Of a stretch of 64,000 nt of DNA, positions 1 through 10,881 are shown piece after piece. The stretch's first letter is position 1; every line of letters starts with the position of its first letter. Both the position numbers and the translations under genes were made by a program. The notes under the pieces are model-generated. The model saw only the letters and a list, made by a program, of their open reading frames with translations, was not told where the DNA came from and did no database searches. Origin of the DNA: Strigamia acuminata. Lineage: Eukaryota. Where the stretch lies: the NCBI GenBank assembly GCA_949358305.1, contig OX442314.1, forward strand, positions 24,862,001 to 24,926,000. Direction: 5' to 3'.

Positions 1-938
1 AGTGGTTTTTAATCCATGGCCTTCTGCTTTTTCGCAATCGTCGGTGACTGTTTTCAGCTTATAATCATCGCATCCTTTTACCATGTAAGCTAAAATTAAA
101 TTATTTACACTCGCGAGTTAATATTGACAATTGAAATTATAAATAGTTTTGGTATAATTTTACTTTACCGGCCACCTCTCAGATCTATCTCAAAAATTTG
201 GATTTAGGGGTAGTCAAGGGTGGGGAATCGAATGGCGTTGACGGTTTTGGGGGCAAACGAAAACGGAAGCGAAAATCAGGAGATTAATGGCTGTAGATTA
301 AGCAGGGAATCACATGGCCCATTGTTGTTGTTGTTGTTGTTGCTGTCGTCGCTGGTTCCACAGTGTTAGCGGGAAGGGTGGTCGGGGAAGGGCGGAGGCG
401 GGAAGAGGGGTTCAGGGGGGGCAGGGCCCCCCTTGAATAAAAAAAGAATAAGCACGTGCATAACAATGCTGACAGCTAACAATGCAATTAAAAAATTTAA
501 ATAATGGGCCAGAGAAAGAGCAATTGAAGGTAGTATAACTGGTCGTTAATCTCCTGATTTCCGCTTCGTTTTCGTTTGCCCCTAAAACCGTCAACGCCAT
601 TCAATTTCTCACCCTTGAATACCCCTAAATCCAAATTTTGAAGATAATCTGAAAAGTGGCCGGTAAAGTAAAATTGTTCCATTGTTTTTCTTTTACTTAC
701 TTCCATCTTTACTCGACAAGGTTGTTTTCGTGCAAACTGGGTTTGCGCCAGTCGCCGTACACTCTTTTTCATCCTCTTGGCAGCCATCATCATTACCTTT
801 CTTGCATTCGATGCAGACGAGTGATAACCCTGACGAATAATTATTTACAAATAAGCACTTGGCTTTAATTAGTGATTAATTGATATAATTACCACTTTTT
901 ACAAGTAGAAACAACAGTATTCCTGCTAGGAAATTCAT
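1..938 (-). CDS. Ly6/three-finger (Sleepless/Quiver-like) gene A, 3' end outside window; exons 893-938, 701-829, <1-89
   Basis: Manual splicing at GT/AG sites gives MNFLAGILLFLLVKSG|LSLVCIECKKGNDDGCQEDEKECTATGANPVCTKTTLSSKDG|TYMVKGCDDYKLKTVTDDCEKAEGHGLKTT...: signal peptide plus LxCxxC Cys pattern, paralogous to the other cluster members. Confidence 0.85.
156..675. mobile_element. MITE-like element with ~135 bp imperfect terminal inverted repeats in intron 2 of Ly6 gene A
   Basis: 156-~290 (aattttactttaccggccac...ggagattaa) is the reverse complement of ~545-675; this intron is ~610 bp versus ~80 bp in close paralogues. Confidence 0.7.
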
Positions 939-1149
939 GGAATTTGAGAATTGCCAAGAACAATTTTCTGAACCGAACGTCTGATCGTGCGTGCTTCTAC
1001 AATGTGTATGTCATATTGTTTAGCATTTTTCAAACTGCGTTACTATGTTAGGGCAAAAATAAAAACAATAAATCAAATGCTTGAAAAGCTCAATCTTTGA
1101 AGTATGCATAACACAGAAAATTACACACGATTCAATTTAAATCAAAACT

Positions 1150-1537
1150 ATTTTTAAAACCGAAATAGGCTACAATTATACAGAGAAAGAGACCATGTGC
1201 TTTAGCGTTTTTGTATAGATCTAAGAGGCACTACTTAACTTCTTCACAAGCGTTGAGCATTTGTCTTCAACGACCTTTGATGTACGATTACAATTCAATT
1301 TCATCAAGTGTCGCGGTGATGTTAACATCAAATCGGTACTGAACTTCGCATCCTCTTCATCTGCTACAAACGAAATGGCCAATCCCTTCGTCCCAAACCG
1401 ACCAGCCCGAGCAACTGTGTAAATATGTAACTGAATTCTGGCATATCAACTGGGCCAACGTCATACAGTGCATGTGTTTTTATGCTCTCTCATCAATGGT
1501 ACATCGGCTAGTAGACCGCATCCTTTCGAGATAATTT
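1150..1537 (-). pseudogene. Degenerate orphan Ly6 exon 3 interrupted by a foreign fragment
   Basis: CAG acceptor then (E)IISKGCGLL..., resembling the exon-3 start of paralogues; a decayed tail ([23 protein letters not shown]) lies at ~1160-1230; stops present. Confidence 0.4.
1267..1447 (-). pseudogene. DDX39B: Fragment of DEAD-box helicase UAP56/DDX39 C-terminus (frameshifted)
   Basis: Translates across frameshifts as [40 protein letters not shown]...DEIEL.SYIKGR*, matching motif VI ([10 protein letters not shown]) and the C-terminus of UAP56. Confidence 0.8.
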
Positions 1538-1814
1538 CTGAAACTTCGTAACATTTAATTTTGAAACAGAATTTTAATGCAAAAAAAAAAAAAAAAAAAA
1601 ATTGAAAAATAGTATGCTTTACACAAATATTTATAGTATATAGTACATCTAAAATGAATGTTGTAAGGATATTCTCATTTAATGAATTAAACAATTTATA
1701 AACTACGTTTTGCTTCTTGATTCTTTGATGTATACACACGAGCACTTGTGTACATAACAGTCCCAAAATAGAAGATTATTGCAGAACTCACCTAATAAAT
1801 ATTTTTTGCGATGG

Positions 1815-2421
1815 TCAAATATAGTGAATTAAAGCAGCCACGAATGTGAGAGAAATAATGAGCGATTTAATCGTTTCTTTGGTGTTGGCATTGTTGCATT
1901 TATGGCTGTTGCACACGCACATAATGGATTCTATTCTCAGGAATTGTTTCGGTTTGTGGCATTCGTTTTGGACTGTTCTCAGCGGATAATCCACGCATCC
2001 TTTCGTCATGGTAGCTAAACTCAAATTATTTACAGTCGCGAGTTAATATTGGCATTGCAAATTGTATATTTCAGTTTTTTTTTTCTTTTTATTTACCTAT
2101 TCGTCCATCTTTAATCTGCCCGACTGTTTTCACGCAAACTGGGTTTGCGCCGGTCGCCGTACACTCCGTTTCATCTTCTAGGCAGCCTTTTTCATTACCT
2201 TTGCTGCATTCGTGGCAGACGAGTGCTAAACCTGACGAATAATTATTTACAAATGCCCAATTAGTAGTTACATAGTAAAATAAAATAAATTAAACGCTCA
2301 TTATAACCGGAAATGTTATTGACAAATTTCAAATACGCACTTGGCTTTAACTAGTGATTAATTGATATAATTTACCACTTTTTACAAGTAGAAACAACAG
2401 TATTCCTGCTAGGAAATTCAT
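1815..2421 (-). CDS. Ly6/three-finger gene B, intact; exons 2376-2421, 2097-2231, 1815-2014
   Basis: Signal peptide exon; LALVCHECSKGNEKGCLEDETECTATGANPVCVKT exon; final exon ...KGCVDY...ECH...MCVCNSHKCNNA plus hydrophobic GPI-type tail; 10 Cys; canonical splice sites in phase. Confidence 0.9.
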
Positions 2422-2694
2422 GTTTTTTTGACAATTGCCATGAACAATTTCCTGAACTGAACCTCTGATCGTGCGGCGTGCTTCTACAATGTGTATGTCA
2501 TATTGTTTAGCATTTTTTAAACTGAATTAATACGTACGGCAAAAATAAAAACAATAAATCGAATGGAAAGAAACGATAAATAGTATGTTTTGTACCGTTG
2601 AAATGTCATCTCGAGGATTGAGGCCCATCTTTGAGATCTGAATCAATGGAAACGTAAGTATACACACAACACAACAATATGGATTTATTCCATT
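2315..2694. repeat. Copy 1 of a ~380 bp duplicated Ly6 exon-1/promoter segment (copy 2 at 3722-3946 plus 12336-12501)
   Basis: Near-identical direct repeat; copy 2 is split by the Gypsy insertion. Confidence 0.85.
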
Positions 2695-3040
2695 TAGGTT
2701 ATTTTGTAATAAGCAAAAATTAATTTTGTTTCGGTTGAAAGTTTGTGCAATTTTTGTTACCAGTGCCGGAACAAACAGCACGGTGTACCGGTCCAATACA
2801 ATTCATATAACAGTCTCCATTTATTTTGATGTCGGCTATTCAAACGATAATTTAATCTTTAAATCGTGTGGTAAATCGGCAAACGCGCTCTATTGTTTCT
2901 TGTTTTTAATAACGAAAAAAATTCTCATTTATAAAATAAACCAAGATAAACAATAAACAATTTCCAAAAGTTATTTAAAAATCGAATTTATTTTTATTTA
3001 TTGTAACATTAATTTTGGTTCTCCCCTCCATAAATCGTGT

Positions 3041-3056
3041 GGCTCTAAAAAGAGCC
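3041..3056 (-). promoter_or_regulatory. Histone mRNA 3' stem-loop with downstream purine-rich HDE-like sequence
   Basis: GGCTCT-TTTT-AGAGCC ~45 nt after the H2A stop, followed by ATGGAGGGGAGAA (~3019-3031). Confidence 0.9.
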
Positions 3057-3100
3057 GATCGTTGCATCTATACAACGAAACCGTATTCCTTTCCAAGTTT

Positions 3101-3484
3101 TTACTTCTTGTCGGTCTTATCGGTCTTCTTGGGCAAAAGAATGGCCTGAATGTTGGGTATAACGCCACCCTCCGCAATCGTAACACTCGACAACAACTTA
3201 GCGAACTCTTCGTCGTTTCGTATGGCCATCTGGAGGTGTCGAGGAATTATCCGCGACTTCTTGTTGTCTCTCGCGGCGTTTCCAGCTAACTCCATAATTT
3301 CGGCCACCAGATACTCCAAGACCGCAGCCAAGTAGACCGGAGCTCCAGCACCGACACGATCGGCATACTTTCCCTTGCGGAGTAAACGATGGATTCGACC
3401 GACGGGGAAATTAAGACCGGCGCGCGAAGACCGCGATTTGCTCTTCGACTTGACACTGATGTTTCCTTTACCTCGACCAGACAT
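3101..3484 (-). CDS. H2A: Histone H2A, 127 aa, divergent, replication-dependent type
   Basis: MSGRGK...[22 protein letters not shown]...[19 protein letters not shown]...LLPKKT; intronless; 3' stem-loop; CCAAT motifs upstream (~3569, ~3616). Confidence 0.97.
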   Translation of the reverse strand: MSGRGKGNISVKSKSKSRSSRAGLNFPVGRIHRLLRKGKYADRVGAGAPVYLAAVLEYLVAEIMELAGNAARDNKKSRIIPRHLQMAIRNDEEFAKLLSSVTIAEGGVIPNIQAILLPKKTDKTDKK

Positions 3485-3782
3485 GACTGTATGTATGAAA
3501 ATCAAACGCTGAATGACAATGAACCAAATGAAACCGACTTGTATAGTCAGTTTTGAGATACCTATGAGCCAATCACAGGCCACACGAGTCCAGAACGATC
3601 TTACAACGTCACCAACCAATAGTATCGTTGGACCCTACCGGTAGTGGTATTGTCATTTGACTGTTGGACACGTAGGATTTTGATCTTAAAATTGTGTTTT
3701 GTTTATTAGTTATAATCATGGGTTATTGACAAATTTCAAATACGCACTTTGCTTTAACTAGTGATTAATTGATATAATTTAC

Positions 3783-3828
3783 CACTTTTTACAAGTAGAA
3801 ACAACAGTATTCCTGCTAGGAAATTCAT
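3783..3828 (-). pseudogene. Orphan duplicated Ly6 signal-peptide exon 1
   Basis: Same sequence as gene B exon 1 (MNFLAGILLFLLVKSG) with donor, but no adjacent exon 2. Confidence 0.7.
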
Positions 3829-3946
3829 TTTTTTTGACAATTTCCATGAACAATTTCCTGAACTGAACCTCTGATCTTGCGGCGTGCTTCTACAATGTGT
3901 ATGTCATACTGTTTAGCATTTTTCAAACTGAATTAATAGTTAATAC

Positions 3947-4521
3947 TGTTACGTGGTTTCCGGGCCTGATCAGGTTTCCACGCAACGTTATTTTATTTGG
4001 GGTTTTAGTGAATGTGACAGGAAAGGATGAGATTGGTTTTATGTTCAAATTCAATTCAGTTTTATTTGACCGGACAAACGAAGTTTGTTCGATCCCTTTT
4101 AAACTTGGTTACATTTATTCTCAAAAACAGTTTGGAATGACATTCGGATAAACTATCATTTTTACATTCTTATTAATTTGTACAACCGTTATTAACTGGG
4201 TTATAAACAACTGTGTGATATCTTAAATGCGATGTAATTAAATTGGTTTTATAGTCATCAGCCGCGCTCTTTAATGAGGCGACATCAGACTCTCTAGATC
4301 TACAAAGCAAAAGTGATTAGAGACCTGTCTTAGTGCGGGCTCCTTATTTATAGCAAATCTGCCATAAACCCCATAATTGAATTGACTGGTCCATCACATG
4401 GCGATGACGGAGTCCAACCGTCAGCGCCATCTGTGGCCGAAATTTAGCAACTTTAACCAATAATAACTCGAATTACGCGTTACGAATCGCGCATTAATTA
4501 GCACGGTTCGTACACGTGACA
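3947..4521 (-). repeat. 3' LTR of Gypsy element 1
   Basis: Direct repeat of 11761-12335; adjacent PPT. Confidence 0.95.
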
Positions 4522-5692
4522 ACTCCCTTTTTTGCTGTGTTTTGGACCCCAAAATACAAATTTCGATACCAGACAGGTGTCTTTTAAATCGGACATTCTT
4601 AAGGAATGTTCGGCTACTTCTACCTTTCATAAGCTATCACTCAGTTGTTTCATTATTATCACACAAACTTAAATTATTCTGGAGTTAACTTCACTCCCTT
4701 TTATTCCAATGTTACTATTCTAATTAAATCATAAAATAATTCAACTTAACTATCTTAATATCGCCAATACAATCTTGCTTTTCTATTGTTTATTTTTACA
4801 TATTTGAAAAGTCTAACAAAAAAAAAAAAAACATAAGTCAAAAGAAAATTTTTGTCAAAATTAAATTATCAAAATCAAAGTTCATATTTTTGCACAACAC
4901 TCAAAATCATTCACACTACAAACAAGCATTTTCATAATAAATTACAACTCTTAACAATTTTCCAAAGTGGGAAAAAAACAAATTCAAAAATATTTTTCCT
5001 ATTTCTCTAATTTTCTTTAAAATTAACAATACCGTTAAAACATCAACTCATTTCAATTATTTACAACAATTACCTCTTATTTACATTCAATCAAAATTAT
5101 GCCGTGGAATATTTACATTAAATTTATCAAAAATTTCATCACAAAATATTTACAGTTTGTCAAAATCAATTCAAATTTATTCATTTTCAACAAAATTCGC
5201 AATTATTTATTTTCATCGCATCCCTCAAACACTCGTGTCATTACTATTAATTTTTGATTATTTCTAATTTTTATCCTATTTAATAAACCCAATGAAATTC
5301 AGTGCAGATGGCGAAGGTTGCGATGGGTCCTTTCACATTCCCAGCCATTCGCACCCTTGTTTATTTTAATTCCCTCTATATTCTAGAATTATTTTATTTC
5401 ACAACAATATTTTATCAAATTTAATCTTCAACTATTTAAGATTTAGTCTAGAATGTTTTCACCTAATTAATATTCGACACAAGTGAGGAAAATGGCGATG
5501 AATTTTATTTCGCGAAATTCGTTCATAAGGACGTTAAAAACATCATAATTCACTCCTAAAATCACCTAAAAACATTCACAACATGCACACAAACCTTTTA
5601 ACACACAATTTAACACAATTCATCAACAAATAATCAGAAGAAGACTTTGTTTCGGGTCACGCTATTATCTGCGTTCACCGTTGCAAAGAACT

Positions 5693-8600
5693 CTAGTAGC
5701 AATGACGATAATCTTTTCGTTTCAACGGTCTGAGTCTGCGCGACCGGAAATCATCATTTTTTGTGTTTGCGCCATCTGGTGGCGGATTTTTAAGTTGGTT
5801 TTTATCATTTTCGTTCGTGGGCTGTGATTCAAATAGCGATTTCAATGAAATTTGTTCCGTATCATCTATATAACGCTCCTTTGGCTTGATTCTTGTTGTT
5901 TTCACTGGTTTTTCTGTGTTTTCAACCACAATTTCACCATTTTTACTGATTTTTTTCACTTTTTCAGCAAATTTCACTTTCTTTTCTGGCATATCCTTCA
6001 GAACTTCATCTATTTCTTCTTCAATTCGCTCCTTATATGGTTTTAACCTTTCTACATTCACTATGTCACTTTTCTTTCTTGTAGAATTAATTATTTCATA
6101 GTCATTTGGTGCTGTTCTTCTCACAATTTCATAAGGGCCGGAAAATTGCGGTAAAAGCTTCTCTGACAAGCCAACTTTTCTGTTGACGGTTTTCAAATAA
6201 ACCAATTCACCTGGTTCAAATTCTTTGTTGACTCTATCTTCATCAAACCTTTTCTTGCTTTTTGCAGATTGTTTTTCAAGTCGCTCATTTGCAATTTTCC
6301 TGGCTGCTCGAATGAATTTTGCTGTTCTTAATGTAAATTCTTTCTGAGGCAAATCCAAATTAACATCTACTGTCAAATCCACATCATATCCTCGAAGTAA
6401 ATAGTGTGGTGTATATCCTGTTGTTTCATGAACGCCCGTGTTGTATGAAAACAGGAGAAATGGAAGAAATTCGTCCCAGTCAGTGTGTTCGTCGTTGACG
6501 TAACTTTGCAACATTTTTGCGAATGTCGCATTAAATCTCTCAGTCAATCCGTTTGTTCTTGGATGGTATCCTGACGTAGTTTTATGCAAACTTTTAAACA
6601 TATTTGAGACTTCTTCAACCATTTTATTCCTGTATTCGGTTCCACGGTCGCTTAGGATTTCTCTTGGACTGCCTTCTTTCAGAATAACCTCATAAAGCAA
6701 TGTTCTTGCTGCTTCTAATGCTGTAGCTACTGCTGCTGGTCTAGCTATTGCACTTCTAGAAAGGTAATCAGTAACAACAAAAACATGTTTATTTCCAAGT
6801 CGTGACAATGGAAATGGTCCAAGTGTGTCTATTCCAATTCGCTCAAAGGGTTTTGAGACTGTTGACCATGGCTGCATTAATCCTTTAGCTGGCGTTGTCA
6901 TTGTTTTTGCTTTTGCGCAATGTTGGCAGGACAAGACGTAATTTCTGACATCTTTGTAGATTCTTGTCCAGAAGAATCGTGTTCTTACCCGTTTCCACGT
7001 TTTTGCCAATCCCAAATGAGCTCCTAGTAATCCATCGTGCATTTCATGCAATACATCTTTTTGAAGTTGTTTTGGAACTACTAGTAGTAAATCTTCCATG
7101 TTCAGGGAACTGTTAAGTTTTTTCTTCCTGAACAACGTTTTGTTTTGAAGAACGAACTGCTTTAGTGGTCGTCTTCTTCTTCTTGGAAGTTGCTCTTGGT
7201 TTTCTAGCGCTGTTATGAGGTCCAGAAGTTTGGGATCCTTCCTCTGTTCAACAGGGAGGTCCAAGTTTTCCAAGAAAAGCGAAGGTAATTTTTCTATTTC
7301 TTCTTCACTTAATTCTTCCTGGATCCTACTTAAAGCATCGGCATCTGTGTGTTTCTTGCCGCTTTTATGAAATATTTCAAAATCATACTCAGCTAGTTGC
7401 AGCGCCCACCTGGCTAGACGTCCATTTGGATTTCGGACTCCTTTCAGCCATTGGAGGGCAGAATGGTCGGTAATAATTTGGAATTTCTGTCCATATAGGT
7501 ACGGTCTAAACTTTTCAATAGCAAAAATGATTGCTAACATTTCCCTATCAGTTGCAGTGTAATTCATTTCTGCTGTGCTCATCATACGACTTGCATAAGC
7601 GATGACACGCTCTTGATTGTTGACTTTTTGCTTCAAAATAGCTCCTAATCCATAGGCACTTGCATCGCATGAAATCATGAAGGGCTGAGTAAAATCTGGA
7701 TGCGCTAACACCGGCACTGTTATTAATGCTGTTCGAAGCGTGTGGAATGCTTTTTCATGGGGAGGTCCCCAATCAAACTTTTCATCCTTTTTGGTTAAAT
7801 TCACCAGAGGTTTGGAAATGTCCGCAAAACCTTTAATAAATTTCCGGTAATACGAGCATAATCCTAAAAAACCACGTAGTTGTTTAACGTTCACAGGAAT
7901 TGGAAACTTAGCTACTGAATCCAGATTCCTGGGATCCGGTGAAATACCTTCAGCATCAACCACATGTCCGAGATATCGTATGGTGTGTGTCGCAAACGTA
8001 CATTTACTCAGTTTGACTTTGAGATTCGCTGTTCTAAGCTTTTGGAAAACTGCCTCCAAATCAACGAGGTGCTGGTCGAAAGTCTTTGAAAACACTATCA
8101 AATCGTCAAGATATGCAATACATACTTTTCCCAGGAGGTTACCAAGTACTTTGTTCATCAATTTTTGAAAGGCGGCCGGGCTGTTACATAATCCCATTCC
8201 AAGGACATTAAACTCATAATGTCCGCTAGACGTGGTAAACGCTGTCTTTTCACGATCTTGTTCGTCTATTTCGACTTGGTGATATCCCTGGATGAGATCC
8301 ATCATTGAAAAATACTTCGCACCCGCTAATTGATCTAGGGTGTCATCAATACGTGGTAAGGGATAAACCATTTTCTTTGTTACCGCGTTTAACCGTCTCC
8401 AATCAACACAAAATCTCCATTTGCCGTCTCTTTTCTTGATGAGCAGTACTGGTGCACTCCACGGGCTCTCGGATTCTCTAATTACTCCTTGCTCAAGTAA
8501 TTTCTTTGTTTCAGCATCCTCAATTTCTTTTTCCTTAATTGATCGTCTATAAGGTTGTAAATGGATTGGAGGAGAATCTCCCGTATCAATTCGATGCCTA

Positions 8601-9418
8601 ATCGTATGAGCTCTGCCTAAATCATTGTCAGTCTTCGCAAATCTATCTGAATTTTTCTCCAGCAACTGCAACATTAGCCCTTGTTGTGATGGCGTCATGT
8701 TGTCATTCGCCATGGCTGTGCTAAAGTCAAATTGATTAACTCTGTTTTCATCAAGCACGCCAGACTCAATTACATAAAAGGCCTTTGCAATTGCTGAGTT
8801 TTTTCCTAAATAGATTGTCTTTTTAGTTGGATTTGCAATTCGCAGAACTCCTTCACCTTTTCTGAATTTAGTCAATGTCTTGCAACAAATTACTCCAAAA
8901 CGGTCAATTACTCCACTGAGTGGTTCTATAAAAAGTTCATCATCTACTTTCTTTGCAATTTTAATTGGAACTACACATTCATGTAATGCTGGAATTGTTA
9001 TTGGTTTTAAAACTCGGGCTATGTAATTTACATCAGTATGGTTTTTTGACATTGGGAAAACTTCTTGTTGTTCATCTTTTGGGCCTACAAAGATCTTCTG
9101 TTGGTCATAGTCGAGTTTACACTTTGCAGATCTTAAGAAATTATCTCCCAGCAGTAAATGGCGTCCAAATCCATTAACGATCAATACGTCGATGGTGTGT
9201 TGTTGTTGTCCAACTTCAATGGTAATCCTGGTTTTTCCTTCTGGGATTATCAATGAGCCATCCACAACTCTCAATCGAACACCTGGGCAGGGTTGATATT
9301 TGAGCTGCAGAGTTCTCACCAAATCTTCACTGATGATATTACGAAAACCTCCAGAATCCAAGACACCAGTAATTTCCATACCATTTAATACTACTGGAAT
9401 CTGCAAAAGTTCATCCAT
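5693..9418 (-). CDS. pol: Gypsy Pol (protease, RT, RNase H, integrase); frame open upstream to the gag slippery site at ~9499
   Basis: LDSG protease motif, YLDD RT motif, CDAS RNase H motif, HHCC zinc finger, DDE core and GPY/F motif, in Gypsy domain order. Confidence 0.97.
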   Translation of the reverse strand: MDELLQIPVVLNGMEITGVLDSGGFRNIISEDLVRTLQLKYQPCPGVRLRVVDGSLIIPEGKTRITIEVGQQQHTIDVLIVNGFGRHLLLGDNFLRSAKCKLDYDQQKIFVGPKDEQQEVFPMSKNHTDVNYIARVLKPITIPALHECVVPIKIAKKVDDELFIEPLSGVIDRFGVICCKTLTKFRKGEGVLRIANPTKKTIYLGKNSAIAKAFYVIESGVLDENRVNQFDFSTAMANDNMTPSQQGLMLQLLEKNSDRFAKTDNDLGRAHTIRHRIDTGDSPPIHLQPYRRSIKEKEIEDAETKKLLEQGVIRESESPWSAPVLLIKKRDGKWRFCVDWRRLNAVTKKMVYPLPRIDDTLDQLAGAKYFSMMDLIQGYHQVEIDEQDREKTAFTTSSGHYEFNVLGMGLCNSPAAFQKLMNKVLGNLLGKVCIAYLDDLIVFSKTFDQHLVDLEAVFQKLRTANLKVKLSKCTFATHTIRYLGHVVDAEGISPDPRNLDSVAKFPIPVNVKQLRGFLGLCSYYRKFIKGFADISKPLVNLTKKDEKFDWGPPHEKAFHTLRTALITVPVLAHPDFTQPFMISCDASAYGLGAILKQKVNNQERVIAYASRMMSTAEMNYTATDREMLAIIFAIEKFRPYLYGQKFQIITDHSALQWLKGVRNPNGRLARWALQLAEYDFEIFHKSGKKHTDADALSRIQEELSEEEIEKLPSLFLENLDLPVEQRKDPKLLDLITALENQEQLPRRRRRPLKQFVLQNKTLFRKKKLNSSLNMEDLLLVVPKQLQKDVLHEMHDGLLGAHLGLAKTWKRVRTRFFWTRIYKDVRNYVLSCQHCAKAKTMTTPAKGLMQPWSTVSKPFERIGIDTLGPFPLSRLGNKHVFVVTDYLSRSAIARPAAVATALEAARTLLYEVILKEGSPREILSDRGTEYRNKMVEEVSNMFKSLHKTTSGYHPRTNGLTERFNATFAKMLQSYVNDEHTDWDEFLPFLLFSYNTGVHETTGYTPHYLLRGYDVDLTVDVNLDLPQKEFTLRTAKFIRAARKIANERLEKQSAKSKKRFDEDRVNKEFEPGELVYLKTVNRKVGLSEKLLPQFSGPYEIVRRTAPNDYEIINSTRKKSDIVNVERLKPYKERIEEEIDEVLKDMPEKKVKFAEKVKKISKNGEIVVENTEKPVKTTRIKPKERYIDDTEQISLKSLFESQPTNENDKNQLKNPPPDGANTKNDDFRSRRLRPLKRKDYRHCY

Positions 9419-9489
9419 AGCGTGTAACTCGATAATTTCTAATTTTCTCTTTCTTCTTTTCTTCTTGTTATTTCGTCTTTGTGGCCATT

Positions 9490-10881
9490 CTAGTTTCCCG
9501 ATGGATTAGTTGGTCCACCACGTGGGGCTCCTCGATTTCCTCGGCCTCGGTAATTTTCAATAAAATTTTTACCTTTATAATTTGGATTTTTAGGATGGCC
9601 TTGGTTATTTGGATTCCCCTGTGGTCTTTGTCCTTGTGGTGGGTTCCATTGCTGTTGTAATTGTTGTTGTTGTTGTTGGAATCCTTGACCTTGATTATTC
9701 CACTGATCATTCCAATTGCCTCTGTTTTGACCTTTGTTGTTATTCCATCCTCTTCCTTGGTTCCACCATCCCCGTTGTTGTCCAGATCGTCCTCTAAAGT
9801 TGCCTCTATTGTAGAACTGGGCCTGGTTCGGATGTGGTGTATACCATTGGTTTTGGTAGAAAACGGGAGTAACCTCTGCATATTGAACTTCCCCAAACTG
9901 CTGCTGTTGTCTTAGCACTTTGACCTCTGCTAACAACTCGTCTTTTGACTTATTGACGTCGCTCGGTTCAACTAACAAACTTGGTTTCACCTCGCCTGTT
10001 GTATCAACAGCTTTTTGCAGTAGGGTTAGCAAAACTTCTGCAGGGTCCTCACTGAATGCATGAGCTTCCAATAGTCCAAGTTGAGATGTTAACTGATCCA
10101 ATGTCTTTGGAAAATTGACTACCAATTTATCTCTAGTCACCTTTTTAAGTCCTTGAAACACATGAAATATCTTTTGTTCTTCAGTAAATGCTGGTCTCGC
10201 AAAAGAACATTCTTTTAATATTTTCTGCATATGTTCCAAAGCTGTCCCATCTTTGTGCTGCATTGCCTGTAATTTCGACAAAATTGTTGTTATTTGTCGT
10301 CTGAATTTTGCCTTCAACGCATCTTTCCATTGAATCCATGTTCTAGTCGGATGTTGTGGAAGTTGGTCTAGATACCACGATGATGCGGAGGATTTCAGCA
10401 CAATTGATAGATGTTTAATTCTCTCGGTGTCATCGGCTATTGTATCTTCATATCCGATCAGCCATGTGTCAATATTTCCTGTCGCCGGATCAAAGTCAAC
10501 TGGATTTCTTCTATTAACCACTAAATTTTGTAATACCGTCTGTATTGCTACAAGTTCTGGTGAAGCATTTGCCATTTTAATTGGTGATTGTTCTTTATTT
10601 ATACACAAATATGAAAGTTCTAAATTTGGTTGCTCCTCAACGTCTTGGAAAACGTCCTTCTCGTCTGCGTCGTCCTGATCACCCTGTTCTCGTATCAATA
10701 ATTCTCCTAATTGCTCCACCTCGTGTGGGAACAATTCAGCTTGAAGATCAGCACTAACAACTCGTATTCGGTGCTGTTGCGGGGTTTCACCTTCCCTTTT
10801 TTGAGTTTTAAGTCCCTCTTTGGGTTTTGGCCCCCTCTTTCGCTCAGTCACCTTGTCACTCAATGCTGTCTCTTCTTCCAA
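9490..10881 (-). CDS. gag: Gypsy Gag (first ATG at 10575), Q/N/G/R-rich C-terminus, no CCHC knuckle
   Basis: Long ORF upstream of pol with retrotransposon-gag-like ASSWY...W..WKDALKAKF segment. Confidence 0.88.
   Translation of the reverse strand: MEEETALSDKVTERKRGPKPKEGLKTQKREGETPQQHRIRVVSADLQAELFPHEVEQLGELLIREQGDQDDADEKDVFQDVEEQPNLELSYLCINKEQSPIKMANASPELVAIQTVLQNLVVNRRNPVDFDPATGNIDTWLIGYEDTIADDTERIKHLSIVLKSSASSWYLDQLPQHPTRTWIQWKDALKAKFRRQITTILSKLQAMQHKDGTALEHMQKILKECSFARPAFTEEQKIFHVFQGLKKVTRDKLVVNFPKTLDQLTSQLGLLEAHAFSEDPAEVLLTLLQKAVDTTGEVKPSLLVEPSDVNKSKDELLAEVKVLRQQQQFGEVQYAEVTPVFYQNQWYTPHPNQAQFYNRGNFRGRSGQQRGWWNQGRGWNNNKGQNRGNWNDQWNNQGQGFQQQQQQLQQQWNPPQGQRPQGNPNNQGHPKNPNYKGKNFIENYRGRGNRGAPRGGPTNPSGN
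9493..9499 (-). promoter_or_regulatory. -1 ribosomal frameshift heptamer G GGA AAC
   Basis: Immediately precedes the gag TAG; the -1 frame (GKLEWPQRR...ELHAMDE) is open into pol. Confidence 0.8.

Noticed and set aside
3485..3619. 45-aa N-terminal extension of H2A in the ORF track
   Set aside because: Starts at a non-ATG codon in promoter sequence; the canonical MSGRGK start is at 3484
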